From Puniceicoccales bacterium (GTDB taxonomy: Bacteria > Verrucomicrobiota > Verrucomicrobiia > Opitutales > JAIRKQ01): a stretch of DNA of 57,969 bases. The stretch spans positions 1 through 57,969 of the forward strand of contig JAIRXJ010000017.1 of the NCBI GenBank assembly GCA_031268375.1. The letters run 5' to 3'. Shown in pieces: positions 17,667-28,945 of this stretch (its first letter is position 1; the number at the start of each line of letters is the position of its first letter). The notes under the pieces are model-generated. The model did no database searches and was not told the origin of the DNA. It was given only the letters and a program-made list of their open reading frames with translations. The translations under genes were made by a program, and so were the position numbers.

Positions 17667-19496
17667 CTAACAATTTGGCAATTCTCTGGATACTATTACT
17701 TTTTTCAAATATTCGATGGCGGATGGCAGTTTTAGCGTACCAGTAAAATTTTTGTCTATGCGCGAACGTATGGAAACCGTACCCGTCTCCACTTCTTTGG
17801 AGCCCAGGATAAACATGTGGGGAATTTTATCGATTTCCGCACGCCGAATTTTGGCATTCAATTTGTCGGAATGTCCATCCACAGACCCACGAATTCCATG
17901 TGCCTTTAACTCACGATTAACTTCATTGGCATGGGCAATTAAATCGTCATTTAGTGGGATGATCCTGATCTGTTCTGGAGCCAACCACGTTGGGAAGTTC
18001 CCACCGAAATGTTCAATCAGTAGCCCTACAAAACGTTCCAGGGATCCAAATGGAGCACGATGGATCATTATCGGGCGGTATTCTTTGTTGTCATTTCCGA
18101 CGTATGACATTTTAAAACGTTCGGGAAGATTATAGTCCACTTGCACTGTTCCCAATTGCCATTCGCGACCGATTACATCTTGGACAATAAAATCAATTTT
18201 GGGTCCATAAAATGCAGCCTCTCCATCGGCTACTTCAAAGGAAACTCCCAATTCGTCGGTTGCCGCCCGCAGTGCTTTTTCCGCTGCTATCCAATTTTCA
18301 TCGTCACCGATGTATTTATCGGAATTCCTATCGCGTAGCCCAATCCGCACACGGAATTTTTCCATCCCGAGGGTCTTGAAGATAACTTTTACCAGGTACA
18401 GACATCCATTAATTTCATCGTGGAGTTGTTCCTGTGTGCAAAAAATATGGGCATCGTCCTGGGTAAAGCTTCTCACCCGTGTCATACCACTTAATTCTCC
18501 TGACTGTTCCCACCGATAAACGGTCCCAAATTCCGCAACCTTAAATGGCAAATCCCTATAGGATCGCTGGTCCGACATGTATATCATGATATGACCTGGA
18601 CAATTCATCGGTTTTAGCAAAAAACCATCCGCGTTTCCCCCTTCAAGGTCGTCAAACATCGCCTTACACGATTGGTTGGAAACTGTGGCTTTCCCAAGGG
18701 ACTCCCTATCAGGTAGCGGAGGAAATTGCGACTCTTTATAGTAGGGGAAATGCCCCGATGTTTTAAAAAGTCCAAGTTTGGCTATGTGGGGAGTAAATAC
18801 CTGTTGATAGCCCTGCTTTTCGAGTTCTTCGAGGATAAAATTTTGTAATTCCTGCCGAACAATGGCCCCTCTGGGCAGCCATAATATCATGCCCTGACCG
18901 AACTCATCGTCTATGGTGAAAAGTTTCAGTTCTTTTCCCAACTTGCGATGGTCTCGTTTCTTCGCATCTTCGAGCATTGCCAAATGTTCATCCAGTTCTT
19001 TTTTAGACGCAAATGCAGTCCCCGAAATTCGTTGCAACTGTTTATTTTTTTCACTGCCGCGATAGTAGGCACCTGCGATACTCAGCAATTTAACCGCTCC
19101 AATTTCCTTTGTCGAGTTGAGGTGTTCCCCCCGGCAAAGATCGGTAAATTCCCCATTGGTATACAATGAAATTTCTTCTCCTTCGGGGATGTCTGCTAGC
19201 CGCTCGAGTTTATAGGTTTGATTTTTTGATTTCATTAGGGCCATCGCTTCATCGCGGCCAACGAGAGTTTTGACAAATTTTTGATCTTCCGAGATTATTT
19301 TAAACATCTCCCGCTCGATTTTTCCCAAATCTTCCTGGGAAAATTTATGGTCCAGGTCGAAATCATAGTAAAACCCTGTTCGCGTTGATGGTCCGATATC
19401 TAATTTGGCTTGCGGAAACAGTCGTAACACCGCTGCCGCCAATACATGTGCCGCGGAATGACGAATTTTATCTAAAAAAACACATTCATTCATCAC
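17667..19496 (-). CDS. thrS: Threonine--tRNA ligase starting at the editing domain, with no N-terminal TGS domain
   Basis: Begins at the editing-domain motif RHSAAHVLAAAV...GFYYDFDL. Class II motifs DHRKLGKELKLF, FRVRSFTQDDAHIFC and RAPFGSLERF are present. Confidence 0.95.
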   Translation of the reverse strand: MMNECVFLDKIRHSAAHVLAAAVLRLFPQAKLDIGPSTRTGFYYDFDLDHKFSQEDLGKIEREMFKIISEDQKFVKTLVGRDEAMALMKSKNQTYKLERLADIPEGEEISLYTNGEFTDLCRGEHLNSTKEIGAVKLLSIAGAYYRGSEKNKQLQRISGTAFASKKELDEHLAMLEDAKKRDHRKLGKELKLFTIDDEFGQGMILWLPRGAIVRQELQNFILEELEKQGYQQVFTPHIAKLGLFKTSGHFPYYKESQFPPLPDRESLGKATVSNQSCKAMFDDLEGGNADGFLLKPMNCPGHIMIYMSDQRSYRDLPFKVAEFGTVYRWEQSGELSGMTRVRSFTQDDAHIFCTQEQLHDEINGCLYLVKVIFKTLGMEKFRVRIGLRDRNSDKYIGDDENWIAAEKALRAATDELGVSFEVADGEAAFYGPKIDFIVQDVIGREWQLGTVQVDYNLPERFKMSYVGNDNKEYRPIMIHRAPFGSLERFVGLLIEHFGGNFPTWLAPEQIRIIPLNDDLIAHANEVNRELKAHGIRGSVDGHSDKLNAKIRRAEIDKIPHMFILGSKEVETGTVSIRSRIDKNFTGTLKLPSAIEYLKKVIVSRELPNC

Positions 19497-19686
19497 TGTC
19501 CTATTCCTAGGAAAGGTTTTTCAAAAAAAAAGGAAAAAGAAAGTTTTGTTGGAAATATCCTTATATCCTTTATCAAAAGTGAACGACAACATTTCCGCTA
19601 AAAAATCATTATCCTGTGCTCATCATAGTATTATAACGTATCAAGCGTCGGTTCCAACGTAATTTCCAAAAACACTTGTAATTTAA

Positions 19687-21066
<1,380 letters not shown>

Positions 21067-21080
21067 CAATTTTTATACCT

Positions 21081-22598
21081 ATGGACACACCTATAACAAA
21101 TAAAAATAAAGCCCTCCAAGAAACAGAGACACCTAATTCAATCAAAGCATATTTTGCTAAACAGAATCCGCCTGGCATGGCAGCAGCAGAGCCACAGAGC
21201 AGCATGCCAACGAAATTGCTCGGTGATCGTATCGGTAAGGACATAGGGATTGGAGGATTTTTTCGTGCCCTTTGGAACTATATTTCGAATTCTTCGACCA
21301 AATCGTTGGACCAAGCAAAACTAAATGTGGCCGCAAAGGATTATTTGAAAAACAACTCAGGAGAAGTGGATAACATATTACGGGAAATTACCGCGAATAG
21401 GTCACCCCAAGACCCGCACATTGTTCATGCCTTCATTACAGCACTAAAAGAAATTGATCAAGAAAAATTTGATGGTCTTTGTGCCGCTGCAAAGGGCTTT
21501 GTCGATGGAGTCCTAACAGAAGGAGCTCAAACGTCATCCGGTATTACGCCGGCCAACATAAAACATGCCGTTGATTTGGTTGACCGGCTAAAGTCAGTGA
21601 TTAAATTTTCGCCATCTGCCCTTGCCCTACACTCGCTGGCACAAAAGCTTCCAGTAGACCAAATAGAAGCCCAAATAACGCCGGAATTGATAACATTTTG
21701 TAATGATTTCCCTAGATTAGCACAAAAGCTTCCAGCGGAACGAATAACGCCAGAGTTGATAACATTTTGTAATGATTGCCCTGAACAAGCGCGAACTCTG
21801 GCCGAAAGGCAGGATTTCCATCAAAAATCGTTTCGAGGAACAAATGACGATGAGGGGATGTTGCTGGTGTGCAATGATTCGGGATATAAGCCAGGAATTT
21901 TGGGACTAATTGACCAGGGGCTGTTTGAAGGTGACAGGCGGGATACTCGGATAGAAAGCTTTCTTAAAGATCAGGCTGTAACAAACAACCTTTTCTGCAA
22001 GGATGGCATACAGAGGTATGAAATGCCGCATATCACTTTGCCCAATGGGGTAGAAATTTTGAGTAATATTGGGAGATCCGACAGTGAATATTGTAAAAGT
22101 ACGAGTGGATCATACGATCAGGCTGCATATTTGAAATATATGCTCGATCAGTTTAAAACGGCATACGGGAGTACGGATGAAGCCATCAAGGCATTTAAGG
22201 TTTTTGTACAAAATTTTACGGGTACTGGGAATACTTGGGTGGGAGTTTTGACAAGACCACCAGCTGACGAGGCTGTTTTCCCCGGAATAGATATCCAAAA
22301 GAAAGCCAGCCTCATAGGCGGAACACTGGCGAAGAACAGGATACGATCAACGATGCGAATGGATGCAGATTTCAACATCACGTTTAATGCCACCGTTTGC
22401 GTATCGAATGAAGAGGGCATTCAACGGATTAATAAAACAACTAAATCCTCATTCCCCAAAGATACAATATGTGGGATAACAATAAGTTCGTACATTCCAG
22501 CTGTGATAAATGACACCATGGATCAGTGTGGACAAGAGGGGCGGCAAACGACCACCTTCGAAATAATAGGAAGTCTCGGCAGCGGAGGCTCAAACTAA
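21081..22598 (+). CDS. Hypothetical protein, orphan family, full-length paralogue
   Basis: 505-aa ORF. The first 125 aa or so are paralogous to ORF 22624..23082 (shared MAAAEPxSSMPTKLLGxRIGKxIGIGGFFRALWNYISNSSTKSL). Internal 81-bp duplication. No known motif recognised. Confidence 0.6.
   Translation: MDTPITNKNKALQETETPNSIKAYFAKQNPPGMAAAEPQSSMPTKLLGDRIGKDIGIGGFFRALWNYISNSSTKSLDQAKLNVAAKDYLKNNSGEVDNILREITANRSPQDPHIVHAFITALKEIDQEKFDGLCAAAKGFVDGVLTEGAQTSSGITPANIKHAVDLVDRLKSVIKFSPSALALHSLAQKLPVDQIEAQITPELITFCNDFPRLAQKLPAERITPELITFCNDCPEQARTLAERQDFHQKSFRGTNDDEGMLLVCNDSGYKPGILGLIDQGLFEGDRRDTRIESFLKDQAVTNNLFCKDGIQRYEMPHITLPNGVEILSNIGRSDSEYCKSTSGSYDQAAYLKYMLDQFKTAYGSTDEAIKAFKVFVQNFTGTGNTWVGVLTRPPADEAVFPGIDIQKKASLIGGTLAKNRIRSTMRMDADFNITFNATVCVSNEEGIQRINKTTKSSFPKDTICGITISSYIPAVINDTMDQCGQEGRQTTTFEIIGSLGSGGSN
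21639..21782. repeat. Internal tandem duplication (about 81-bp period) inside ORF 21081..22598
   Basis: gcacaaaagcttccag starts at 21639 and 21720. It encodes LAQKLP..(I/R)TPELITFCND twice. Confidence 0.7.
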
Positions 22599-22623
22599 GT
22601 TGAAACGGTGAGAAATTATATTT

Positions 22624-23082
22624 ATGGACACTACACCTACAACACCTCAAGGTAAAACTGCGTCCCAAGAAACAGGGACACCTAATCCAACCGGAGTATG
22701 TCCCTTTAAAGTGGGTTCGAATTTCTCAAGATCGAAGATGGCGGCAGCAGCAGAACCACGGAGCAGCATGCCGACGAAATTGCTTGGTGAGCGTATCGGT
22801 AAGGCCATAGGGATTGGAGGATTTTTCCGTGCCCTTTGGAACTATATTTCAAATTCTTCGACCAAATCATTGGGGCAAGCAAAATTAAATGTGGCCGAGA
22901 AAGCAAAACTAAAAGAGGTCGCAATGGATTGTTTGAAAAGCAATTCAGGAGGCGTGGATAACATATTACGGGAAATTACCACGGATACGTCATCCCAAGA
23001 CCCGCGAATTGTTAATGCCTTCGTTGCAGCACTAAAAGAAATTGAACTAGCAGCTTATTCTTTTGCCCTATTTTCCTGTTGA
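22624..23082 (+). CDS. Truncated paralogue of the preceding gene (N-terminal module only)
   Basis: 152 aa. Similarity to ORF 21081..22598 stops at ...AALKEI (about 23040). The tail overlaps a convergent small ORF. Confidence 0.5.
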   Translation: MDTTPTTPQGKTASQETGTPNPTGVCPFKVGSNFSRSKMAAAAEPRSSMPTKLLGERIGKAIGIGGFFRALWNYISNSSTKSLGQAKLNVAEKAKLKEVAMDCLKSNSGGVDNILREITTDTSSQDPRIVNAFVAALKEIELAAYSFALFSC

Positions 23083-23387
23083 AGTGCTTCGAATCGGACT
23101 TGTTCAGGAGTTTTATAGAAAGCGATATGTATCATATCTGCCACAGCTAATGCGGTGAGCAGGCGGCTTAGTATTTTAAAAAGCTTTCCTGGTGCACGCG
23201 ATCCGAAAAAACTTCCCCCAAGGTTAATTATTGTTTTTCCTCCGAAAATACCTTGTCTTGCCAAGATAACCCTGCCTGCATTTCCAAAACCATCGATAAT
23301 ATTTTTTCTCATAAAATCTCCTTTTCTAAAGTAGGAATATATAAAAACGGAATTTGCAAGCAAAAATTGCAAACAAAAAAACAACAT
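23055..23387 (-). CDS. Small hypothetical protein (likely start MRKNIIDG, about 85 aa)
   Basis: ORF only. Gly-rich, no motif recognised. It occupies the gap between the truncated paralogue and the next gene. Confidence 0.3.
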   Translation of the reverse strand: MLFFCLQFLLANSVFIYSYFRKGDFMRKNIIDGFGNAGRVILARQGIFGGKTIINLGGSFFGSRAPGKLFKILSRLLTALAVADMIHIAFYKTPEQVRFEALQQENRAKE

Positions 23388-23455
23388 CGACGTGGTTTAT
23401 TTCAAATTGACAAAAAATTCTAGGAAAAAGATAAAAGTTTTTATATAATAGCTAC

Positions 23456-24250
23456 GTGTCTAATGGTAAGAAGTTTTTTTTAATGTTTGTAGTTGTCTTG
23501 ATCCTTGGCAGCTCATGGGTTATTGTTTCTTTGAAAACAAATAAAACCCATTTAAAAATGCAGTTGGACGTTGAAAACCATAAAAAGACAGAGGGGGAGG
23601 AGACAATATTTTCATCTTTTACAAAAAAGGATTTTTCCTGGATGCGAAGCCTGAAAAAAGATAAATCTCCCATTGAGTTTGATTTATTCACATGTCCATC
23701 CGTATACAGCGAAAGCGGCAAAACAATGGTTAAAACCTATGATGTTCTCATGGTTGACGATACTTTTCCACTATATCTGTCTGAGGTTAGGAATAAGCCT
23801 TATCGAATAAAGGTGGAGGGATATTCGCAATCTAAAAATGATGATAAAACGGTCATCATGTTTAAGGATATCGAAACGGAGAAATATGGCGAATGTGCCG
23901 TTGGAGATAAGAATGCAGAGCTAAGGATACGGGTAATTGGGTTTGATGTGCAAGGTTATGAAAAAGATGGTGTTTACTACGAATTCCCTGTAGTCACGGT
24001 CAGCGATGATATTACCAAAAAGGAGATCGTCTTGACCAGTGAACAAAAATTTTTGGATAATGAATATCTACTCATCATAAAAGATTTCAACGGTAATGAA
24101 TATGTTTTTTATAATATCGGAGATAGTGTGTCAATGGGAGAAGCAACCTGTAAACTTTCTTCGTTCAACAAGAAGGAAGGGGTTGCCAAATTATCCTTAA
24201 AAGATGCCAATGGGCATGAGTTTACCAAAACTATACACCTAATCCGCTAG
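23456..24250 (+). CDS. Hypothetical membrane-anchored or secreted protein
   Basis: 264 aa with a GTG start and an N-terminal hydrophobic segment FFLMFVVVLILGSSWVIVSL. No homology recognised. Confidence 0.55.
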   Translation: MSNGKKFFLMFVVVLILGSSWVIVSLKTNKTHLKMQLDVENHKKTEGEETIFSSFTKKDFSWMRSLKKDKSPIEFDLFTCPSVYSESGKTMVKTYDVLMVDDTFPLYLSEVRNKPYRIKVEGYSQSKNDDKTVIMFKDIETEKYGECAVGDKNAELRIRVIGFDVQGYEKDGVYYEFPVVTVSDDITKKEIVLTSEQKFLDNEYLLIIKDFNGNEYVFYNIGDSVSMGEATCKLSSFNKKEGVAKLSLKDANGHEFTKTIHLIR

Positions 24251-24289
24251 GTTTGGGATTTGTAAATTCAAGAAAGAACAAGCAATGCA

Positions 24290-24712
24290 GGTTTTCCTAA
24301 GGCCTAAATTGCTCCCAAAACTACGCCTCGTATTCCTCGATATCGATACTATAAACCTCAATCGCTATCATGGCTTCTGTCAGCGACATAGTTGGAGCCA
24401 GGGAACTGATGAAAGACTTACCGGATGCGGATTACCTACTGGCCGACAAAGGATATGACGCCGACTGGTTTCGGGAGGAACTGAGACAACGTGGGGTGGA
24501 ACCATGCATTCTTCCGATGTGCCACCGTAAAATACAGTTGCCCTACAACATAGATTCGTATAAGCGACGCCACAAAATCGAAAATATGTTCAGCAGATTG
24601 AAGGATTGGCGTCCCATCGCCACCCGCTATGATCGCTGTGCCACCAACCTTCTTCTCTTCCATCCCCATCGCCTGTTCTTGCCTCTTTTATCTAAATGTA
24701 TGAGGACTATCC
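24290..24712 (+). mobile_element. Second IS5-family transposase remnant (3-prime part, internally deleted, frameshifted), inverted relative to 12352..12945
   Basis: ORF 24370..24783 reads ...LLADKGYDADWFREELRQRGVEPCILPMCHRKIQLPYNIDSYKRRHKIENMFSRLKDWRPIATRYDRC, then goes out of frame by a 1-nt deletion relative to the left copy. Nucleotide similarity to the reverse complement of 12352-12480 runs up to a shared CCTAGG. Confidence 0.75.
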
Positions 24713-25213
24713 CTAGGATTTGGATTTGTTACAAAAGACTTCAGCATCAATTCCTTGAAAAAATGTATCAATTTTGCATGTGATCATGGAAATTACAATC
24801 TGAGTCAGTGGAAGCGAAGAGGTTGATCTTTGTGAAACTGTAGTTCTAAATTCATTTAGAATGGCATCGAGATTTGCCATGAAATCCCTGAGGTTCCTTT
24901 TTGTAGCTTCTTTTTGGGCATGTATTTCGATCGCCTCCCTGGCTTTTTTTACAAAATCACCTTTGGCGACTACGGCAGCATTCTGCATACCCAATTCGCG
25001 TAAAGCTTGATCTTTGGCTGGTTGTTTAAGGCCTGCGATAGTGCTCCGTAGAGCACGCGGATCGGAAGATTCAGTGCTAATAACTTTCAAGAGTTTTTTC
25101 CCTTCAGAAGCATAACCATCTAGGCGAGATTCATTGTCTTCATAGAACTTAACAGCTTGATTCACTTGAACAGGAAGAAACGGTGAAAATATACTCGAAA
25201 TTAAACTATTCAT
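24713..25213 (-). CDS. Hypothetical protein
   Basis: 166-aa ORF. Its stop (TAG) lies in the CCTAGG at the outer end of the right IS remnant. No motif recognised. Confidence 0.5.
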   Translation of the reverse strand: MNSLISSIFSPFLPVQVNQAVKFYEDNESRLDGYASEGKKLLKVISTESSDPRALRSTIAGLKQPAKDQALRELGMQNAAVVAKGDFVKKAREAIEIHAQKEATKRNLRDFMANLDAILNEFRTTVSQRSTSSLPLTQIVISMITCKIDTFFQGIDAEVFCNKSKS

Positions 25214-25243
25214 GGGGTATCATTTTAGTAAAATTTGATGCTA

Positions 25244-25295
25244 GTCAATTTTTTTTCGAAAAAGAGTATTTTTTTTCGAAAAAATTTGAATTGAC
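25244..25295. promoter_or_regulatory. Nested palindromes in a divergent intergenic region; candidate operator or promoter architecture
   Basis: GTCAATT (25244-25250) and AATTGAC (25289-25295) bracket two T8-CG-A5/6 palindromes. Their CG centres are at 25257/58 and 25277/78, 20 bp apart. Confidence 0.3.
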
Positions 25296-25301
25296 AAAGG
25301 T

Positions 25302-25712
25302 ATGAAAAACGAGAAAAGTTCCTACATGGGAAGTTTTCTAAAGCTTTTATGTTTGTCAATTATAACGCTGTTTGCTACAGCATGTCAAACAAGTGCCCCC
25401 GTTGAACGTGTTACCGTTGGGACTGTGCAACGCTTCATCAGAAATGGAATGACCTCTGCGGAAGTTGTTGGAGTTCTCGGATCGCCCAACATGGTCACAA
25501 AAAATGCCGAGGGCAATGAAACGTGGGTTTATGATAAAGTTCATTCGGAGTACGAGACGAAGGAGTCTGCCTCTGGCATTTGTTTAATATTGTTCGGAGG
25601 TGCTAGAGCAAAAGCTTCTGGGAGTTCCAGCGAGCGCACCTTGACCATAGTGGTGCATTTTGATAAAGATAGTAAGGTCGTAGATTTTTCCTATAGAACA
25701 ACGTCGTTTTAA
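25302..25712 (+). CDS. Lipoprotein with SmpA/OmlA (BamE-like) motif
   Basis: Lipobox LFATAC. Motif GMTSAEVVGVLGSPN...ETWVYD is typical of BamE/SmpA_OmlA-type domains. Confidence 0.55.
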   Translation: MKNEKSSYMGSFLKLLCLSIITLFATACQTSAPVERVTVGTVQRFIRNGMTSAEVVGVLGSPNMVTKNAEGNETWVYDKVHSEYETKESASGICLILFGGARAKASGSSSERTLTIVVHFDKDSKVVDFSYRTTSF

Positions 25713-25715
25713 CCG

Positions 25716-26222
25716 GTGCATATGTTGAAAAAATGCCTCACGACATTATTTTTGTTTGTCCTGTGCCTCATGCCGGGATGTGTTTCAGTCAATGAAACAC
25801 GTGCTCCGACAAGCGTAGAAATACAATCCATACAAACAAGGGAATTTGATGTTTCATACAAAATTGCCTTTGCTTCCGTCGTTGATGTTTTTCAAGATTT
25901 GGGTTTTGTTATACAATCGTCGGATTTTACGACTGGATTAATCATAGCGAAAGGAAATGTAATCAACAGGAATCTTGGGTTTCTAGAGGCTGCAAGTGGG
26001 GTTCATAGTAAAATCATGTGGAATGTTGGTACAGCTCATCTGGAAGAACTTGGCAATGGAAAAATATCGATACGGGTAAGCTTTGTTGCAAATGCCAAGG
26101 TCATGTTTGAGTATGGAGCATCGAATGAATCGAGTAAAGCCATCCACGATGGTGAGTTTTATGCGAAATTTTTTGAAAAAATAGACAAGTCAATATTTGT
26201 AAGACAGAATCTAAAAAATTGA
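25716..26222 (+). CDS. Hypothetical lipoprotein
   Basis: Signal peptide with lipobox LCLMPGC. 168 aa, 4 nt after the preceding lipoprotein gene. Confidence 0.55.
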   Translation: MHMLKKCLTTLFLFVLCLMPGCVSVNETRAPTSVEIQSIQTREFDVSYKIAFASVVDVFQDLGFVIQSSDFTTGLIIAKGNVINRNLGFLEAASGVHSKIMWNVGTAHLEELGNGKISIRVSFVANAKVMFEYGASNESSKAIHDGEFYAKFFEKIDKSIFVRQNLKN

Positions 26223-26431
26223 CCCAATACGCAATCCTATACGGATTGAAACGGATTCTGTTTGGTCTGTGCATGATATTTTGGCCTTAGATTTCCCTAG
26301 GGTGTGTTGGGTTTTGGCGGTGAAAACGATGGGAGTGGAGCAAGCAAAGGTAATATTCGGTTTATGGGAAACAGGGAAATTTTGACCATGTTTTTTATTG
26401 AACAATTTTGATAAAAAAATAGACCCTATCC

Positions 26432-27358
26432 ATGGCTAGTAGGCTCAAATGTGGTGTGGTGGGGGTAGGATACCTTGGACAGCATCACGCGAGGGTGTAT
26501 GCCTCATTGGAAGAATGTTCGCTGGTAGGTGTATATGACATTAGCCCGGAGCGAGCAAAGGAAATAGCGTCGAAATATCACTGTAAAGTTTTCAAATCTC
26601 TCGAAGAGCTTGGCAACGGATGTAACTGTGTAAGTATCGTAACTCCAACGGATAAACATGCCGAAACGGCGATTCCGCTGATTGAAAAAAATTGCCATCT
26701 CCTAATCGAAAAACCGCTGGCATCGTCAACGGAAGACGTGGAACGGATTTTAAAAGCTGCCAATGGCCGTGACAGGATTTTACAAACGGGACTGATCGAA
26801 CACTATAACCCCGTGATGAAATTCTTGGAAGCATCGGTTACAACCCCACGATTCGTAACATCCCAAAGGCTGGCACCGTTTAATGGAAGAGGTACGGAAG
26901 TGGGTGTTGTCCTCGACCTAATGATACATGATATCGGCATAATTTTGCAGCTGGTAAAATCGGAAATTATATCCATCGATGCCATAGGAATTCGAGTTTT
27001 GTCAAAGACGGAAGATATTGCTAACGCTCGGTTGCATTTTGCCAATGGGTGCGTAGCGGATTTAAATGTCAGCCGGGTAAGCGAAAAAAAATTACGTGAA
27101 ATCCGAATTTTTCAGCCGCAAACATATTTGTCGATGGATTTTACATCTCAGAGCGGCCACCTGATGAAGGTTTTGCCGGAAGGTCTGATCAAGGATGAAA
27201 TCCCCGTGGAAAAAGAAGAACCTCTGAGGACAGAGATTTCATCGTTTATACAGTGTGTACGAAACCACATGGAACCAAAAATAGACATTCATTTTGGCAA
27301 AAAAACTCTAGAATTGGCATTGAAAATCACAGAAATAATCAACCTGACCAGCCAATAG
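26432..27358 (+). CDS. Gfo/Idh/MocA-family NAD(P)-dependent oxidoreductase
   Basis: N-terminal Rossmann motif CGVVGVGYLGQHHARVY and EKPLA motif (LLIEKPLASS). Confidence 0.8.
   Translation: MASRLKCGVVGVGYLGQHHARVYASLEECSLVGVYDISPERAKEIASKYHCKVFKSLEELGNGCNCVSIVTPTDKHAETAIPLIEKNCHLLIEKPLASSTEDVERILKAANGRDRILQTGLIEHYNPVMKFLEASVTTPRFVTSQRLAPFNGRGTEVGVVLDLMIHDIGIILQLVKSEIISIDAIGIRVLSKTEDIANARLHFANGCVADLNVSRVSEKKLREIRIFQPQTYLSMDFTSQSGHLMKVLPEGLIKDEIPVEKEEPLRTEISSFIQCVRNHMEPKIDIHFGKKTLELALKITEIINLTSQ
27264..27344 (+). repeat. 81-bp direct repeat, copy 1 (3-prime end of the oxidoreductase gene)
   Basis: 76/81 identical, ungapped, to 28946..29026 (aligned by hand). Confidence 0.9.
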
Positions 27359-27715
27359 GATATTTTGATATAAAATTTCCTCCCTTGATCTTGAAAAAAT
27401 ATTTCCTGGCAAAAGAAGTTAACCCATCGACAATCCTTCCTTTGGAACATTTGAGGTATATTTCCAGAAATGTTAGAAAATTTATATGGTGTTTTTTGGT
27501 AAAAAAAGATTGACATCCCATAAAAATAATATGGCTTATGTTTGATGAGTATGTCGACGTCAGTTATTACTTCCGCTTGTGGGTGTTGCTATGTATATGC
27601 ACATACTTCCTATTGTCGATATTGTTAGTTGCTTTTTTTCGGTTTGCAATCTCTTCCGTGAGGGAAGAGGATTATTTGTGTAGCTTCTAGTAAAAATTTA
27701 ACAATTTCGATATCC

Positions 27716-28909
27716 ATGAAAAAAACTTTAAATGCAATTTTTTTGCTATCCGGGACTGCCATTGGTTCTGGAATGCTTTCCCTTCCACTTGTTTTGGCAA
27801 AAATTGGTGTAATCCCAAGTGTTTTGGTCATACTGATGTTTTGTGGGTTAACTTACTTTTCTGCACTGGCTCGAGTTGAATTAAATCTGCAGTCAAACCA
27901 AGAAAACACATTGGAGAAAGTTGGCTTAATTTTCTCCGGACCCAAAGTTGCCTGGCTCGGAAATTTTTCACTAAAAATTCTTATGTTCGCACTACTCGCA
28001 GCATATTTGTACGGATTGAGTTCCATAATCCAATCCACTTTTTTTCAGGAAATGGCTTTGGCTAAAATAGTAATTATTATTTCCGTATTACTATTTCTGC
28101 TCATTATTTCATCCCCACGAGTTTTGCTCGATTTAAATAAATATGCCATTGTTGGACTATTGCTGATGGTCATTTCCGTGGTTGCCATAATGGTACAGCA
28201 TTTTAGACCTGAAACCATTATTCACGTGCCCTGTGAGATAAAAACTTTCAGTGTTTGGTCAATGATTCTGCCAATCATATTTACGTCGTTTGGATTTCAA
28301 GGGTCATTGCATTCGCTAACCAAAATATGTAATAATGATATTAAACTCTTAAAAATTGCTTGTCTATGGGGGAGTATAATTCCTGCCGTTGTGTATGTTA
28401 TTTGGACGTGCAGTGTGATATGCCTACTAAATGCTAAATTTCCCGAATCATTTAACAAAAATGTGGAAGTTAGTGAACTGATAAATCTTCTGAGTGTAGC
28501 CTGTAACTGGGGTTTCGTGAAGACCTTGCTACTTGCAATTTCAGCCACTGCAATTGCCACATCTATTTTTGGTGTTGGTCTATGCTTAAAAGATGATTTT
28601 CATACATTTTTTAGTAAAATTTTGGATAGAAAGGCTTCTATAGGAGTATCATGTCTTTGTACGGTTATTCCGGGGTGTTTTATAGCGATTTTTGTACCAA
28701 ACGCTTTCATACACGTTTTAAGTTTTGCGGGGATGCTGCTCGTCGTCATTGCGATCTTTATCCCAATGTTTCTGCTAGGAAAAGTTCAGCAAAGTTTCAA
28801 GTTCAAAGCCTTAAACTCTAAATTTATAATGTCGAATTTATTGTTTATTGGAATTGCAATCAGTGTGTGTGAAATTTACAATATATTCACCTGTGGCCTG
28901 TTCAAATGA
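27716..28909 (+). CDS. tyrP: Aromatic amino acid permease, HAAAP family (TyrP/Mtr/TnaB-like)
   Basis: N-terminus LNAIFLLSGTAIGSGMLSLPLVLAKIGV resembles E. coli TyrP/Mtr (GTTIGAGMLAMPLA). 397 aa, multi-pass. Confidence 0.75.
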   Translation: MKKTLNAIFLLSGTAIGSGMLSLPLVLAKIGVIPSVLVILMFCGLTYFSALARVELNLQSNQENTLEKVGLIFSGPKVAWLGNFSLKILMFALLAAYLYGLSSIIQSTFFQEMALAKIVIIISVLLFLLIISSPRVLLDLNKYAIVGLLLMVISVVAIMVQHFRPETIIHVPCEIKTFSVWSMILPIIFTSFGFQGSLHSLTKICNNDIKLLKIACLWGSIIPAVVYVIWTCSVICLLNAKFPESFNKNVEVSELINLLSVACNWGFVKTLLLAISATAIATSIFGVGLCLKDDFHTFFSKILDRKASIGVSCLCTVIPGCFIAIFVPNAFIHVLSFAGMLLVVIAIFIPMFLLGKVQQSFKFKALNSKFIMSNLLFIGIAISVCEIYNIFTCGLFK

Positions 28910-28945
28910 TATGGATTATAAATTGTTTCTCCGGGGAAATATCCT

